A DNA stretch of 64,000 nt from Dehalococcoidia bacterium (GTDB lineage Bacteria > Chloroflexota > Dehalococcoidia > SZUA-161 > SpSt-899): contig DAOTYO010000053.1 of the NCBI GenBank assembly GCA_034434815.1, positions 201 to 64,200 on the forward strand, given 5' to 3'. A program made the position numbers and the translations under genes. This document shows positions 10,579 through 19,400 of this stretch, piece by piece (within the stretch, counting starts at the first letter, position 1; every line of letters begins with the position of its first letter). Under the pieces are notes generated by a model that made no database searches, had not been told where the DNA came from, and saw only the letters and a list, made by a program, of their open reading frames with translations.

Positions 10579-11676
10579 CTAGAGATCCAGAATCTCCGTG
10601 ATCAGCTTGAACTGGTGCTCCGGTTTCGAAAGATCGATATCGTAAGGAGGATAGACCTCCTTCCCCTCGACGTCGTAGCAAACGCGCACCACCGGCCGAC
10701 CGATATGCCCGATGTTCGCGTTGGTGATGATCCCCGATTCCCGGGTGTTGAGCCGGACCATGACGCCGCTCGGGTAGACGGGCACGCGGCGCGCGAATAC
10801 CTGAACGAGCTCCGGATCGAACAACTCCCCCGCTGAGGCCATGATGCTCTCGAAGGCATCCATGGGACTGTAAGGTCTGTGCTTGGGCCGGTAGGATACG
10901 AGCTCGTAGTACGTTTCCGCCATGCCGATGATCTGCGCGATGGGGGAGATATCCCATCCCTTGGCGCCCGTGGGATAGCCGCTCCCATCCCATCGCTCGT
11001 GATGCTGAAGGATGGCTTGAACGACGGGCTTCGGGATCCGCTCGATCCGCGATAGCAATTCATACCCATATATCGGATGCTTTTCGAACTCCTTGCGATC
11101 CGCCTCCGAGAGGGAATCCTTTTCCTTCCAGACCTCCGGTCGGATCCAGATATAGCCGATGTTCTCGAGCATGGCCGCCCGGCTCACGTTGGCCAGTTCG
11201 TTCGCATCGAATCCGGCTTCCTTGGCCAGAAGAATGGCCAAGGCCGTGATCTGCACGGGCAAGAAGAATTCATAGTCCGCTATCGAGATGCATCCGGTGA
11301 GATCGGGTTCCCCCAAGGGAACTTGCAAAACGGCTTGCAGAATGGCATGTCCGAACCTCTCTACCTCGAGCCGTGCCGCGTAGATTTCCGCATCTCCCGG
11401 GTTCTTCTGATCGGGTTTGCGCTGAATGCTCAGGAGCTTGCGCATGGCCTCTGTGGCGTCTTTGTGAATTTCCGGCCGGACGAGCGGCTGAATGACGAGA
11501 TCGGAGACACGGCTGTCCTCGATGAAGAGTTCCCAGACCTCCTTCTCCCACAGGAACCCGATGTGTTTCTGCTGAAGCTCGACGTTGGCCGGCAGAAGCA
11601 TTTTCCCGTGCCGGTCGATGACCGGCTTGGCAAGCTCCATACCCACCTTCGCCTTCTCTACCGATACCCGTCGCAT
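10579..11676 (-). CDS. HD-GYP domain cyclic-di-GMP phosphodiesterase, copy 1
   Basis: 365 aa; HD motif region and HHERWDGSGYP signature; strong [12 protein letters not shown]. Confidence 0.85.
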   Translation of the reverse strand: MRRVSVEKAKVGMELAKPVIDRHGKMLLPANVELQQKHIGFLWEKEVWELFIEDSRVSDLVIQPLVRPEIHKDATEAMRKLLSIQRKPDQKNPGDAEIYAARLEVERFGHAILQAVLQVPLGEPDLTGCISIADYEFFLPVQITALAILLAKEAGFDANELANVSRAAMLENIGYIWIRPEVWKEKDSLSEADRKEFEKHPIYGYELLSRIERIPKPVVQAILQHHERWDGSGYPTGAKGWDISPIAQIIGMAETYYELVSYRPKHRPYSPMDAFESIMASAGELFDPELVQVFARRVPVYPSGVMVRLNTRESGIITNANIGHIGRPVVRVCYDVEGKEVYPPYDIDLSKPEHQFKLITEILDL

Positions 11677-11707
11677 GTCTTATCCCTCCCCCTTGCCTTG
11701 CCCCTCT

Positions 11708-12820
11708 TCACAAGTCCAATATCTCCTCGATCAACTTGAACTGATGTTCCGGCTCCGAGAGATCCATGTTGATGGGAGGATGCACTTCGTTCCCGAGCAC
11801 ATCGTAGCAAATACGGACCACCGGCCGGCCCACATGTCCGATGTTCACGTTGGTGATGATCCCGCGGTGTTTGGTGTTCAATCGCACCATCACCCCGCTG
11901 GGGTAGATGGGCACCCGCCGGGCGAAGATCTGCACCAACTCCGGATCGAACAGCTCCCCTGCCGAGGCCATGACTTTTTCGAAGGCATCCATGGGCGAAT
12001 ATGGCTTGCGATTCGGACGGGCGGATCTGGCCTCGTAATACGTCTCGGCGATGCCGATGATCTGGGCGATGGGGGAGATATCCCAGCCCTTGGTTCCGTT
12101 GGGGTAACCGCTCCCGTTCCACCGCTCATGATGCTGAAGCACAGCCTGAGCCACCACCGGCGGCATCCGATCCAATTTGGAAAGCGCCTCGTAGCCGTGG
12201 ATGGGATGCTTCTCGAATACCTTCTGATCCTCCGGCGAAAGCGAATCCTTGTTCTGCCAGATGTGAGGCGGAGTCCAGATATATCCGATGTTCTGGAACA
12301 TGGCCGCCCGCCCCACGTTGATCAGTTCGCTATTGGGGAAGCCGGCTTCCCGGGCCAGCAATATGGCCAGCGCCGTCATCTGTACCGGCAGAATGAACTC
12401 GAATTCCTCCACCGTAGCGCTGCCGGTCAGATCCGGTTCCCCGAGCGGAGATTTCAGAATGGATTGGACGATTGCATAGGTCAAGCGATCCACCTCGAGC
12501 CGGGCCCCGTACATCTCCGGGGCGGCAAGATCCTTCTTCTCGTTTGGGTCGCGCTTCATGGTGAGCAAGCGGCGCACCGCTTCGATGGAGTCCCTTTGCA
12601 CCTCCGGCTTGATGAGCGGCTTGATGACAAGGTCGGGAACGCGGGAGTCCTCGATGAGAAGCTCCCAGACCTCCTTCCCCTGAAGGAGCCGCAGATGGTC
12701 TTCCTTGAGCTCGATGCCGGCCGGCAGAATGGTGTGCCCGTACTTATCCATGGCCGGTCGGGCCAGCTCCAAACCGGGAGTGGCTTTTTCCACGGATACG
12801 CGACGCAAGGCCGATGTCAT
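11708..12820 (-). CDS. HD-GYP domain cyclic-di-GMP phosphodiesterase, copy 2 (tandem paralog)
   Basis: 370 aa; HHERWNGSGYP; alignable with copy 1 across its full length; possible TTG start giving MRRVSVEK as in copy 1. Confidence 0.85.
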   Translation of the reverse strand: MTSALRRVSVEKATPGLELARPAMDKYGHTILPAGIELKEDHLRLLQGKEVWELLIEDSRVPDLVIKPLIKPEVQRDSIEAVRRLLTMKRDPNEKKDLAAPEMYGARLEVDRLTYAIVQSILKSPLGEPDLTGSATVEEFEFILPVQMTALAILLAREAGFPNSELINVGRAAMFQNIGYIWTPPHIWQNKDSLSPEDQKVFEKHPIHGYEALSKLDRMPPVVAQAVLQHHERWNGSGYPNGTKGWDISPIAQIIGIAETYYEARSARPNRKPYSPMDAFEKVMASAGELFDPELVQIFARRVPIYPSGVMVRLNTKHRGIITNVNIGHVGRPVVRICYDVLGNEVHPPINMDLSEPEHQFKLIEEILDL

Positions 12821-12839
12821 CCTCCTTTTGAAATGAGTC

Positions 12840-13658
12840 TCACGCGCTTCGGGCCGGAGGGCGCGGTTTGGGCGCGGTGAAGAATCTCCGATAGAACGAT
12901 GGCTCGATGAGCTCGAAGCCTATCTGTGTGCATTCGAAGATGATCTCGCTCCCTCCGATGAAGAGAATCCCGCCCTCCCGAAGGGCGTTTCGGAAGCCCT
13001 GATTGATTTGCCTCTTGGCGGCATCGGTGAAATAGATCACCACGTTCCGGCACAGGATCAAATCCAGATCTTTCTCGAAAGGATCGCTGAGAAGGTTGTG
13101 CCGCGAGAACTCCACCATTTCCCGAATCTTATCGTTGATCCAATATTTCTCCCCGGTCTTTCGGAAGTACTTCGTCAACCGATCCGGCCTCACCGCCCGC
13201 ACGTCCTGAGCGGTGTACGGGCCGCCGGCGATGGCCCGTTCCAGAATGCTTTCATCCAGATCGGTGGCCTTGATGGTGTGCCGCTTTCCGGGACTGATCT
13301 CGTCCAGAATGATGGCGATGGAATACGGCTCGGCACCGTTGGAGCACCCGGCGCTCCAGATCCGGAGCCGCGGTCTCTCCTTGAGGAGATCCGGGAGATA
13401 GCGCTTTTCGAGCTTATCGAATTGATGGGCGTCGCGGAAGAACTCCGATACGTTGATGGTCAGGAAGTCCTTCAGCTCCTGAAGCATCTCCCGATCCCGC
13501 TCGAGTTGCTGGAAATAGGCGGCGATGCTCGGCGCCTTGGCCCGCTCCAGATAAGAAGAGAGCCGGCGCCGCATCTGCTTTTCCTTGTAGCTATCAAGGT
13601 CGATGTTCGTGAGCTCCAGAACCTTGCGTTTAACGAATCCATATTCCAAATCGTCCAT
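12840..13658 (-). CDS. cheR: chemotaxis protein methyltransferase CheR
   Basis: Start set at MDDLEYGF (internal Met, preceded by GGAG); SAM-dependent MTase motifs (RIWSAGCSNGAEPYS; LILCRNVVIYF); upstream ORF extension overlaps cheB. Confidence 0.9.
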   Translation of the reverse strand: MDDLEYGFVKRKVLELTNIDLDSYKEKQMRRRLSSYLERAKAPSIAAYFQQLERDREMLQELKDFLTINVSEFFRDAHQFDKLEKRYLPDLLKERPRLRIWSAGCSNGAEPYSIAIILDEISPGKRHTIKATDLDESILERAIAGGPYTAQDVRAVRPDRLTKYFRKTGEKYWINDKIREMVEFSRHNLLSDPFEKDLDLILCRNVVIYFTDAAKRQINQGFRNALREGGILFIGGSEIIFECTQIGFELIEPSFYRRFFTAPKPRPPARSA

Positions 13659-13660
13659 AT

Positions 13661-14752
13661 CTAAGCTCCTGTACCCACGCTCTGGAACACCTCGCAGCGC
13701 CGGACGATCTCCGCCGGGATATCCGAGAGGGGCACGATGGCATCGGCATGGCCGGCCTCGACGATGCTCTTGGGCATCCCGTAGACCACACAGGAGGCCT
13801 CGTCTTGAACGATGACCTCCCCCCCCGCCTTCTTGATCAGGGCCGATCCCCGGGTGCCGTCGCTTCCCATGCCGGTGAGCACCACCGCGAGAACCGAAGA
13901 GCCGAAAGCCCCGGCTGCCGATTCCATGGTGACATTGGCGGCGGGGCGCAGGCCGCATTCCTGCGGCCCTTGGTTCAGAGCGATCCGACCTTCGCTATCA
14001 ACGGTCATGTGCTTGCCGCCCGGGGCGAACAAGACCATCCCCGCGCGGATCACGTCGCCTTCCTCCGCTTCCTTCACGGAAAGCTCTGAGGCCTCATCCA
14101 GTCTGGCCGCAAGGGACTTGGTGAATCCGGCGGGCATATGTTGCACGGCGAGGATTGGGGCGGGGAGGTTACCCGGCAACCGGGGGAGAACCTCCGCCAG
14201 AGCGCGGGGCCCGCCGGTGGAAGATGCGAACACGATCACTCGGTTCGGTGTGCTCCATCCGTTCGTATTCTTGTGAAGTGCTTTCTTGCGGCCCTTCTGG
14301 GCGCTCTTTTCATTCGGTCGTGGAGACGGCCGCAGGCGCGATTTCTCGATGCCGGCGGCCATCTTGATCTTGTGGATGAGTTCTTCCGAGGACTCCGCAG
14401 AGCCGACGGGGCTGACCACCGAAGGTTTGCAGAAGAAGTCCACCGCCCCCAGTTGAAGGGCTTGAACGGTGATCTCCGCCCCCTCCCGGGTGAGCGCGCT
14501 CAGCATCACGATGGGAGTGGGGCATTGCTCCATGATCTTGGCCACGGCCTCCATCCCGTCCATGCGGGGCATGGTGACGTCCATCGTGATGACCGTTGGT
14601 TGCAGGCTTCGAGCCATATCGAGGGCTTCGATGCCGTCTCGTGCCTGACCCACCACCTCGATCTCCGGATCGGTGCTGATCCGCTTGGAAATGGCAAATC
14701 GCGCGAACGCGGAATCATCCACCACTAGGACGCGAATTCTCTTGTTCACTGA
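13661..14752 (-). CDS. cheB: chemotaxis response regulator protein-glutamate methylesterase CheB (REC + methylesterase)
   Basis: GTG start (VNKRIRVLVVDDSAFARF) with AAGGAG 7 nt upstream; receiver domain plus C-terminal esterase domain (GASTGGPRAL ... GMGSDG). Confidence 0.9.
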   Translation of the reverse strand, partial: SVNKRIRVLVVDDSAFARFAISKRISTDPEIEVVGQARDGIEALDMARSLQPTVITMDVTMPRMDGMEAVAKIMEQCPTPIVMLSALTREGAEITVQALQLGAVDFFCKPSVVSPVGSAESSEELIHKIKMAAGIEKSRLRPSPRPNEKSAQKGRKKALHKNTNGWSTPNRVIVFASSTGGPRALAEVLPRLPGNLPAPILAVQHMPAGFTKSLAARLDEASELSVKEAEEGDVIRAGMVLFAPGGKHMTVDSEGRIALNQGPQECGLRPAANVTMESAAGAFGSSVLAVVLTGMGSDGTRGSALIKKAGGEVIVQDEASCVVYGMPKSIVEAGHADAIVPLSDIPAEIVRRCEVFQSVGTGA

Positions 14753-14849
14753 TAACTCCTTATCCGCTTCGGGAGCAAAAAGCACAGGCCCTTGCGGTCC
14801 CCGGAGCGCGTCTCCGATTGTTTGCGGTCGGCCTGTGAATCGCCTCGCT

Positions 14850-15209
14850 TCACTTACCGACCAGCTTTTGCACGGCGGCAAGAACCCGGTTCGGATCGAA
14901 CGGCTTGACCACGAAGTCCTTTGCCCCCGCTTTGATCGCTTCCATCACGATGGATTGCTGGCCCATCGCGGTGACCATGGCGACTTTCGCGTTCGAATCG
15001 ATCTTCATGAGCTGGCGCAGCGCTTCGAGCCCGTCCATATCCGGCATGGTGATATCGAGCATCACGGCGTCCGGCCGCTCCTTTTTGTACTTGTTCACTG
15101 CCTCTACGCCGTTCTCGGCCTCGATGCACTCATAACCGTTCTGGGTGAGGAGCTTGACCGCCCTCATCCGCATGAATTGGGCATCGTCCACTACCAATAC
15201 TTTCGGCAT
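14850..15209 (-). CDS. cheY: chemotaxis response regulator CheY
   Basis: 119-aa single receiver domain, MPKVLVVDDAQFMR..., conserved D13/D57 (LDITMPDMDG) and K109 (KPF). Confidence 0.9.
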   Translation of the reverse strand: MPKVLVVDDAQFMRMRAVKLLTQNGYECIEAENGVEAVNKYKKERPDAVMLDITMPDMDGLEALRQLMKIDSNAKVAMVTAMGQQSIVMEAIKAGAKDFVVKPFDPNRVLAAVQKLVGK

Positions 15210-15251
15210 AGCTTTTCCCCTCCTTCGATCTCGTCCTCGATAGGTGCTCTT

Positions 15252-15764
15252 CTATAGCTCTTTGGTGATGCCTCCGACGATCCTCACCACCACTTTTCCC
15301 GTGGCAATGTAGAGGCGCACGGTACGCCCGCGGTTCCCGCCGATGTCCTCGGCATCGATTCGGAGCGCCTCGTCCGCCAAGACTTTCTTGACCGCCTCGA
15401 TGTTCCGGGCACCCGTATCGAACCCTTTGGCAGAGGCGCCCGGCGAGAACATCTGGGCCCCGCCGGCGATTTTGACGATGAGCCGGGATCTCACGGCTCC
15501 TTGCTCGCGCATGCGTTGCAAGAGCTCGGGGATGGCCACATCGGCGTACTTGGTGGCGTTTTCTTTGGATTGTGTTCCGTTGGTGCTGAACGGAAGCACG
15601 ATGTGTGCCACACCTCCGACGCATGTTCCCGGATCGTACATGCAGAGCGCAATGCACGAGCCCACGCCCAGACAGGAAATGGTTACTTCGGGGTCTCTGG
15701 ATATCTTGATTTCCCCGAGATTGGCCACGAGCGATTTTTCGAGCGCCAATGTTTCTAGTGCCAT
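15252..15764 (-). CDS. cheD: chemoreceptor glutamine deamidase CheD
   Basis: 170 aa; GVGSCIALCMYD Cys motif and VAHIVLP His typical of CheD. Confidence 0.85.
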   Translation of the reverse strand: MALETLALEKSLVANLGEIKISRDPEVTISCLGVGSCIALCMYDPGTCVGGVAHIVLPFSTNGTQSKENATKYADVAIPELLQRMREQGAVRSRLIVKIAGGAQMFSPGASAKGFDTGARNIEAVKKVLADEALRIDAEDIGGNRGRTVRLYIATGKVVVRIVGGITKEL

Positions 15765-16408
15765 TTCACCCTCGCATATTGCCGATTCTGTTCGATCATC
15801 ACGTCCATGAATTCTTCCGTCGGAAGGACCAGTAAGGTTCCGGTGATCTCGCGGTCGTCCGATGAGAAAACGGTCTCCATGGCGAAGAGCTCATCACGGT
15901 GGGCCATGATCCCCGCGAGGGCGGAATCGAGCACGGCCCCGGCCATATCCACGATCACCGCCGGCGGCGATGGCATGAGCCTGAGCCCGGTGTTATCGGC
16001 CACGGAATTGAGAAAGAATGATCCGGTGATATTGCCCATTTCCCCGAGCACCGAGGCTTCAAGTTCGCCGAGCTCGGTGGTGGTGCCCTGTGGTTGATGG
16101 AGCATCATGTCCACCAATCCGAACGCGACGCGAATGGGATAGGCCAGCATGATGTGCCCGCTGGCCGCGCCGTTCATGGCCAGATAAATGACGACCACTT
16201 CGTTCTCGGGCCCTCCCACAAGATCGGCGGCGTTTTGAACCGGGATGATCTTCATTCCCAGCGCGGTGATCCGTATCTTGGTTCCGACCATTTCGGAGAG
16301 GCCCACAACGGCGTTCTGGGTTCCCATCCCCACCAATTCAGTCCAACGTGAGAGTTCGACATTCCGTATCCCCGGATTGTTGTTGTTCGGATGAGCTTGC
16401 TCCAACAT
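15755..16408 (-). CDS. cheC: CheY-P phosphatase CheC (CheC/CheX family)
   Basis: Start at MLEQAH with AAGGAGG 5 nt upstream; paired CheC-like half-domains (LSEMVG... and ELGNITGSF...); overlaps cheD by 10 nt. Confidence 0.8.
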   Translation of the reverse strand: MLEQAHPNNNNPGIRNVELSRWTELVGMGTQNAVVGLSEMVGTKIRITALGMKIIPVQNAADLVGGPENEVVVIYLAMNGAASGHIMLAYPIRVAFGLVDMMLHQPQGTTTELGELEASVLGEMGNITGSFFLNSVADNTGLRLMPSPPAVIVDMAGAVLDSALAGIMAHRDELFAMETVFSSDDREITGTLLVLPTEEFMDVMIEQNRQYARVKWH

Positions 16409-16482
16409 TGTCCTCCTTGTCTCTATGTTGGTTCGATACGGCTCCCTCCCGGCTGGCCAGTTCCGGTTGGTAGCCGATGGAT

Positions 16483-18615
16483 TCACTCTCCCATGACCAC
16501 CAGTTTTACCAGACTGGGCACATCGATGATGAGGGCAACCTCGCCCGTTCCCAGGATGCTTGCCCCGGCGATCCCCCGCACATCTCCGATGAACGTGCCG
16601 AGCGATTTCACCACCACTTCCTGAGGCTCTCTGAAGGAATCGATGGTCAACCCCACCATGCGTTCGCCCGCTTTGACCACCACCACGTTGATCATGCCGT
16701 TCGAGGGGGTATCCGCATTCCGAAGGCGAAGCACCTGATCGAGTTTGAGGAGGGGCACCACGCGGTCTCGGATGCGGATCACCTCTTTGCGGGTGACCGT
16801 CTGAATTTCCTCCGGCCTCAGACGGAGGACTTCACAGACGGATACCAGCGGAATGGCGAAAGTCACGCCGGCGGAGACGACCAGAAGTCCGTGGATCGTC
16901 GCCAGAGTGAGCGGCAATCGGAGGACGAATTTCGTCCCCTGCCCGATCTTCGTGCTCACGGCGATGTGCCCGTTGAGCGATTCGATATTCTGCCGGACGA
17001 TGTCCATGCCCACGCCGCGCCCGGAGACATCGGTGATCTTTTCCGCCGTGGAGAGGCCGGGCTCGAAGATGAGATCAATGGCTTCGGTATCGTCCATGCG
17101 TGCCGCCGTCTCGGCGGTGATGATGCCTTTCTTGACGGCTACCTCTTTGAGCTTGGCGCCGTCGATGCCTTTGCCGTCGTCTTCCACGGTAATGGCGATG
17201 TAGCTTTGCTCGTGCGCGGCGGCCAGCCGGATGGTCCCTTTCTCCGGTTTGCCGGCGGCCCGGCGTTTCTCCGGAAGTTCGATGCCGTGGTCCACCGCGT
17301 TCCTCAGAAGATGCACGAGCGGATCGCGGATGTGTTCGATCACCGAACGGTCGATTCCGGTCTCTTGCCCTTCCACGATGAATTCGATTTGTTTGCCCGC
17401 TTTCTGTGCCAGATCCCGGACCATTCGGGGGAAACGGTTGAAGACCGTTCCCACCGGCATCATCCGGGCCTCGGTGATATCGAGCTGAAGGTCATCGATG
17501 ATCTTGGAGACGTTCGTGATCGTTCGGGTGAGGCTCAGCACGTCCTGATCATCCCGGTAGCGGGCGGAAAGAATACTGCCGGTGCGGGTGAAGGCGGTTC
17601 GGGCCACCACCAGTTCCCCGATTTGATTCATGAGGTTATCGAGCCGGCGGACGTCAATCCGCACCGTCTCGGAAACCTTGACCCCCTCTTGGGAGGTGCA
17701 CGTTTTCTCCCCCGGTGGCGGGCCGCCCTCCGGCTTTTGCTGAGCGGATTGGATGATCTCTTCGGCGGCGGCAGCGGCCTCCGCTTCGGGTTCGGGGGGT
17801 GGGGGTGTCTCGGGAGGGGGAGAACCGCTGGGATCGTAGGCCTCCACGCGGATGCCGCCGATATCGGGAATGGCGGCGATGGCCTCATGGATTTCCCGTT
17901 CGGATAGCAAGCCGGCGAAGATGACGTTCAGAACGCTGCTGTTTTTCTCGGCCTCGATCTCCTTCTGAGTGGGCACGGAGGCGATGACCGTCCCCTTTTC
18001 CTTTAGATCATTCAGCACTTGGAAAAAACGGACGGATGTCCATTCGCATCCCTTCTGCGTTTCCACGGTGATTTGAAAGGCGCGGTTGCCCAGAGCCAGC
18101 GCTTGGCGAAGCTTGGTGAGGGCTTCATCCGTCAGGGGCACGCTGTTCTTCCGGGCCTTCTGCTTCTCGGCGTTCTTTCTCTTGGGGCCCGGTTTTGATG
18201 CCCGTGACGGTTGCTGCTGACCGGAGGCCAGCTCTTCCAGAGTAGCGATTACGGAAGTGACGTCGATCTCGGTCTCTGTATCGGCGGTGAGGTTATCCCG
18301 CAGGATTCTCAAATGATCCAGCGCGCTCAGAAGGGCATCGGCGATCGGTGTGGTCACGCGCAGGGTCCCATGGCGCAGCTTATCGAGGATGTTCTCCATG
18401 GCATGGGTGAGCTCCGCCATCATCTCGTAGCCGAGCATGGCCGAAGACCCTTTGATCGTATGAGCGGCGCGGAAGATCTCTTGGAGCAGTTCCGGGTTAT
18501 CCCCCTCGTTCTCCAGTTTGATCACATCCTCATCGAGGAGCTGCAACTGCTCATCGGTATCCTGAAGGAATACCTGAAGCTCTTCCGGCGTGATATCTGA
18601 AGCAAGCTTTACCAT
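16483..18615 (-). CDS. cheA: chemotaxis histidine kinase CheA
   Basis: 710 aa; N-terminal Hpt (P1) domain with FRAAHTIKGSS phospho-His motif, HATPase_c core (GRGVGMD), C-terminal CheW-like domain. Confidence 0.9.
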   Translation of the reverse strand: MVKLASDITPEELQVFLQDTDEQLQLLDEDVIKLENEGDNPELLQEIFRAAHTIKGSSAMLGYEMMAELTHAMENILDKLRHGTLRVTTPIADALLSALDHLRILRDNLTADTETEIDVTSVIATLEELASGQQQPSRASKPGPKRKNAEKQKARKNSVPLTDEALTKLRQALALGNRAFQITVETQKGCEWTSVRFFQVLNDLKEKGTVIASVPTQKEIEAEKNSSVLNVIFAGLLSEREIHEAIAAIPDIGGIRVEAYDPSGSPPPETPPPPEPEAEAAAAAEEIIQSAQQKPEGGPPPGEKTCTSQEGVKVSETVRIDVRRLDNLMNQIGELVVARTAFTRTGSILSARYRDDQDVLSLTRTITNVSKIIDDLQLDITEARMMPVGTVFNRFPRMVRDLAQKAGKQIEFIVEGQETGIDRSVIEHIRDPLVHLLRNAVDHGIELPEKRRAAGKPEKGTIRLAAAHEQSYIAITVEDDGKGIDGAKLKEVAVKKGIITAETAARMDDTEAIDLIFEPGLSTAEKITDVSGRGVGMDIVRQNIESLNGHIAVSTKIGQGTKFVLRLPLTLATIHGLLVVSAGVTFAIPLVSVCEVLRLRPEEIQTVTRKEVIRIRDRVVPLLKLDQVLRLRNADTPSNGMINVVVVKAGERMVGLTIDSFREPQEVVVKSLGTFIGDVRGIAGASILGTGEVALIIDVPSLVKLVVMGE

Positions 18616-18721
18616 GGCCGTTCTCCAGCTTTATCCGAAGCTCGTTGATATTCATCCCGTCCCCATCCCCGGAGGCCTCCTCATGGGAGGTTCTCCACAC
18701 CCCTGTGTTCTGCATCAGAGC

Positions 18722-19324
18722 TTACGGGGCGACCGCTTCTTTGGTCCGTGCGGTCTTCCCGCCTTTGGCCGTTTTGGCCCCCTTGGCTGCACTGGATTGG
18801 GGGGTTCCCTCCTCGGCTTCCGCCCCCGTTGGCGGTGTCTCCTCGGCCTGGGCGGCGTTGAACTCCGCCAGTTGGGAAGCCTGCCGCTGCGTGAGCAACT
18901 TATCCAAATCCAGAAGGATGATCATCTTATCCTTGAGTTTGGCGATGCCGAGAAGGTAATCGGCATCGGCGGAAGCGATGACGGAGGAAGGCGGCTCGAT
19001 CGTTTCCGAAGGGATGGTCAATACTTGGGTGACTTCATCCACCTGTACGCCGATCGGCTGGCCCCCGATATCCACCACCACGATCCGGGTTTCCTTGGTG
19101 ATTTCCCCTTCGGCAAGGGAGAAGAGCTTTCTCAAGTGGATCACCGGGATTACCCGGCCCCGCAGGTTGATCACCCCCTCCACGTAGGGTGGAGTGCGGG
19201 GAACACGTGTGATCTCCTGCATGCGCTCGATGCCGCTGACTTTGGCGATATCTACCCCGTAGGACTCTCCGGCCAGGGTGAAGACGACCAGTTGTTGTTC
19301 TGAACGGGATCCCGTAAAGCTCAC
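18722..19324 (-). CDS. cheW: chemotaxis coupling protein CheW with Lys/Ala-rich C-terminal tail
   Basis: 200 aa; CheW fold signature (QLVVFTLAGESYGVDIAKV...VINLRGRVIPV). Confidence 0.85.
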   Translation of the reverse strand: MSFTGSRSEQQLVVFTLAGESYGVDIAKVSGIERMQEITRVPRTPPYVEGVINLRGRVIPVIHLRKLFSLAEGEITKETRIVVVDIGGQPIGVQVDEVTQVLTIPSETIEPPSSVIASADADYLLGIAKLKDKMIILLDLDKLLTQRQASQLAEFNAAQAEETPPTGAEAEEGTPQSSAAKGAKTAKGGKTARTKEAVAP

Positions 19325-19400
19325 CGAAACACCTCCAAAAATCTATTTCTCGATCACGCCCATACTGCAGGGCTCAAGGTTCTCCCATAAAGTTGGTTGC

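Noticed and set aside
16477-17907. 476-aa plus-strand ORF antisense to cheA (and similar 19278-20324, 20337-21617 antisense to the MCP gene)
   Set aside because: Opposite strand of genes with clear CheA/MCP signatures; translations are low-complexity (G/D/R/H-rich).
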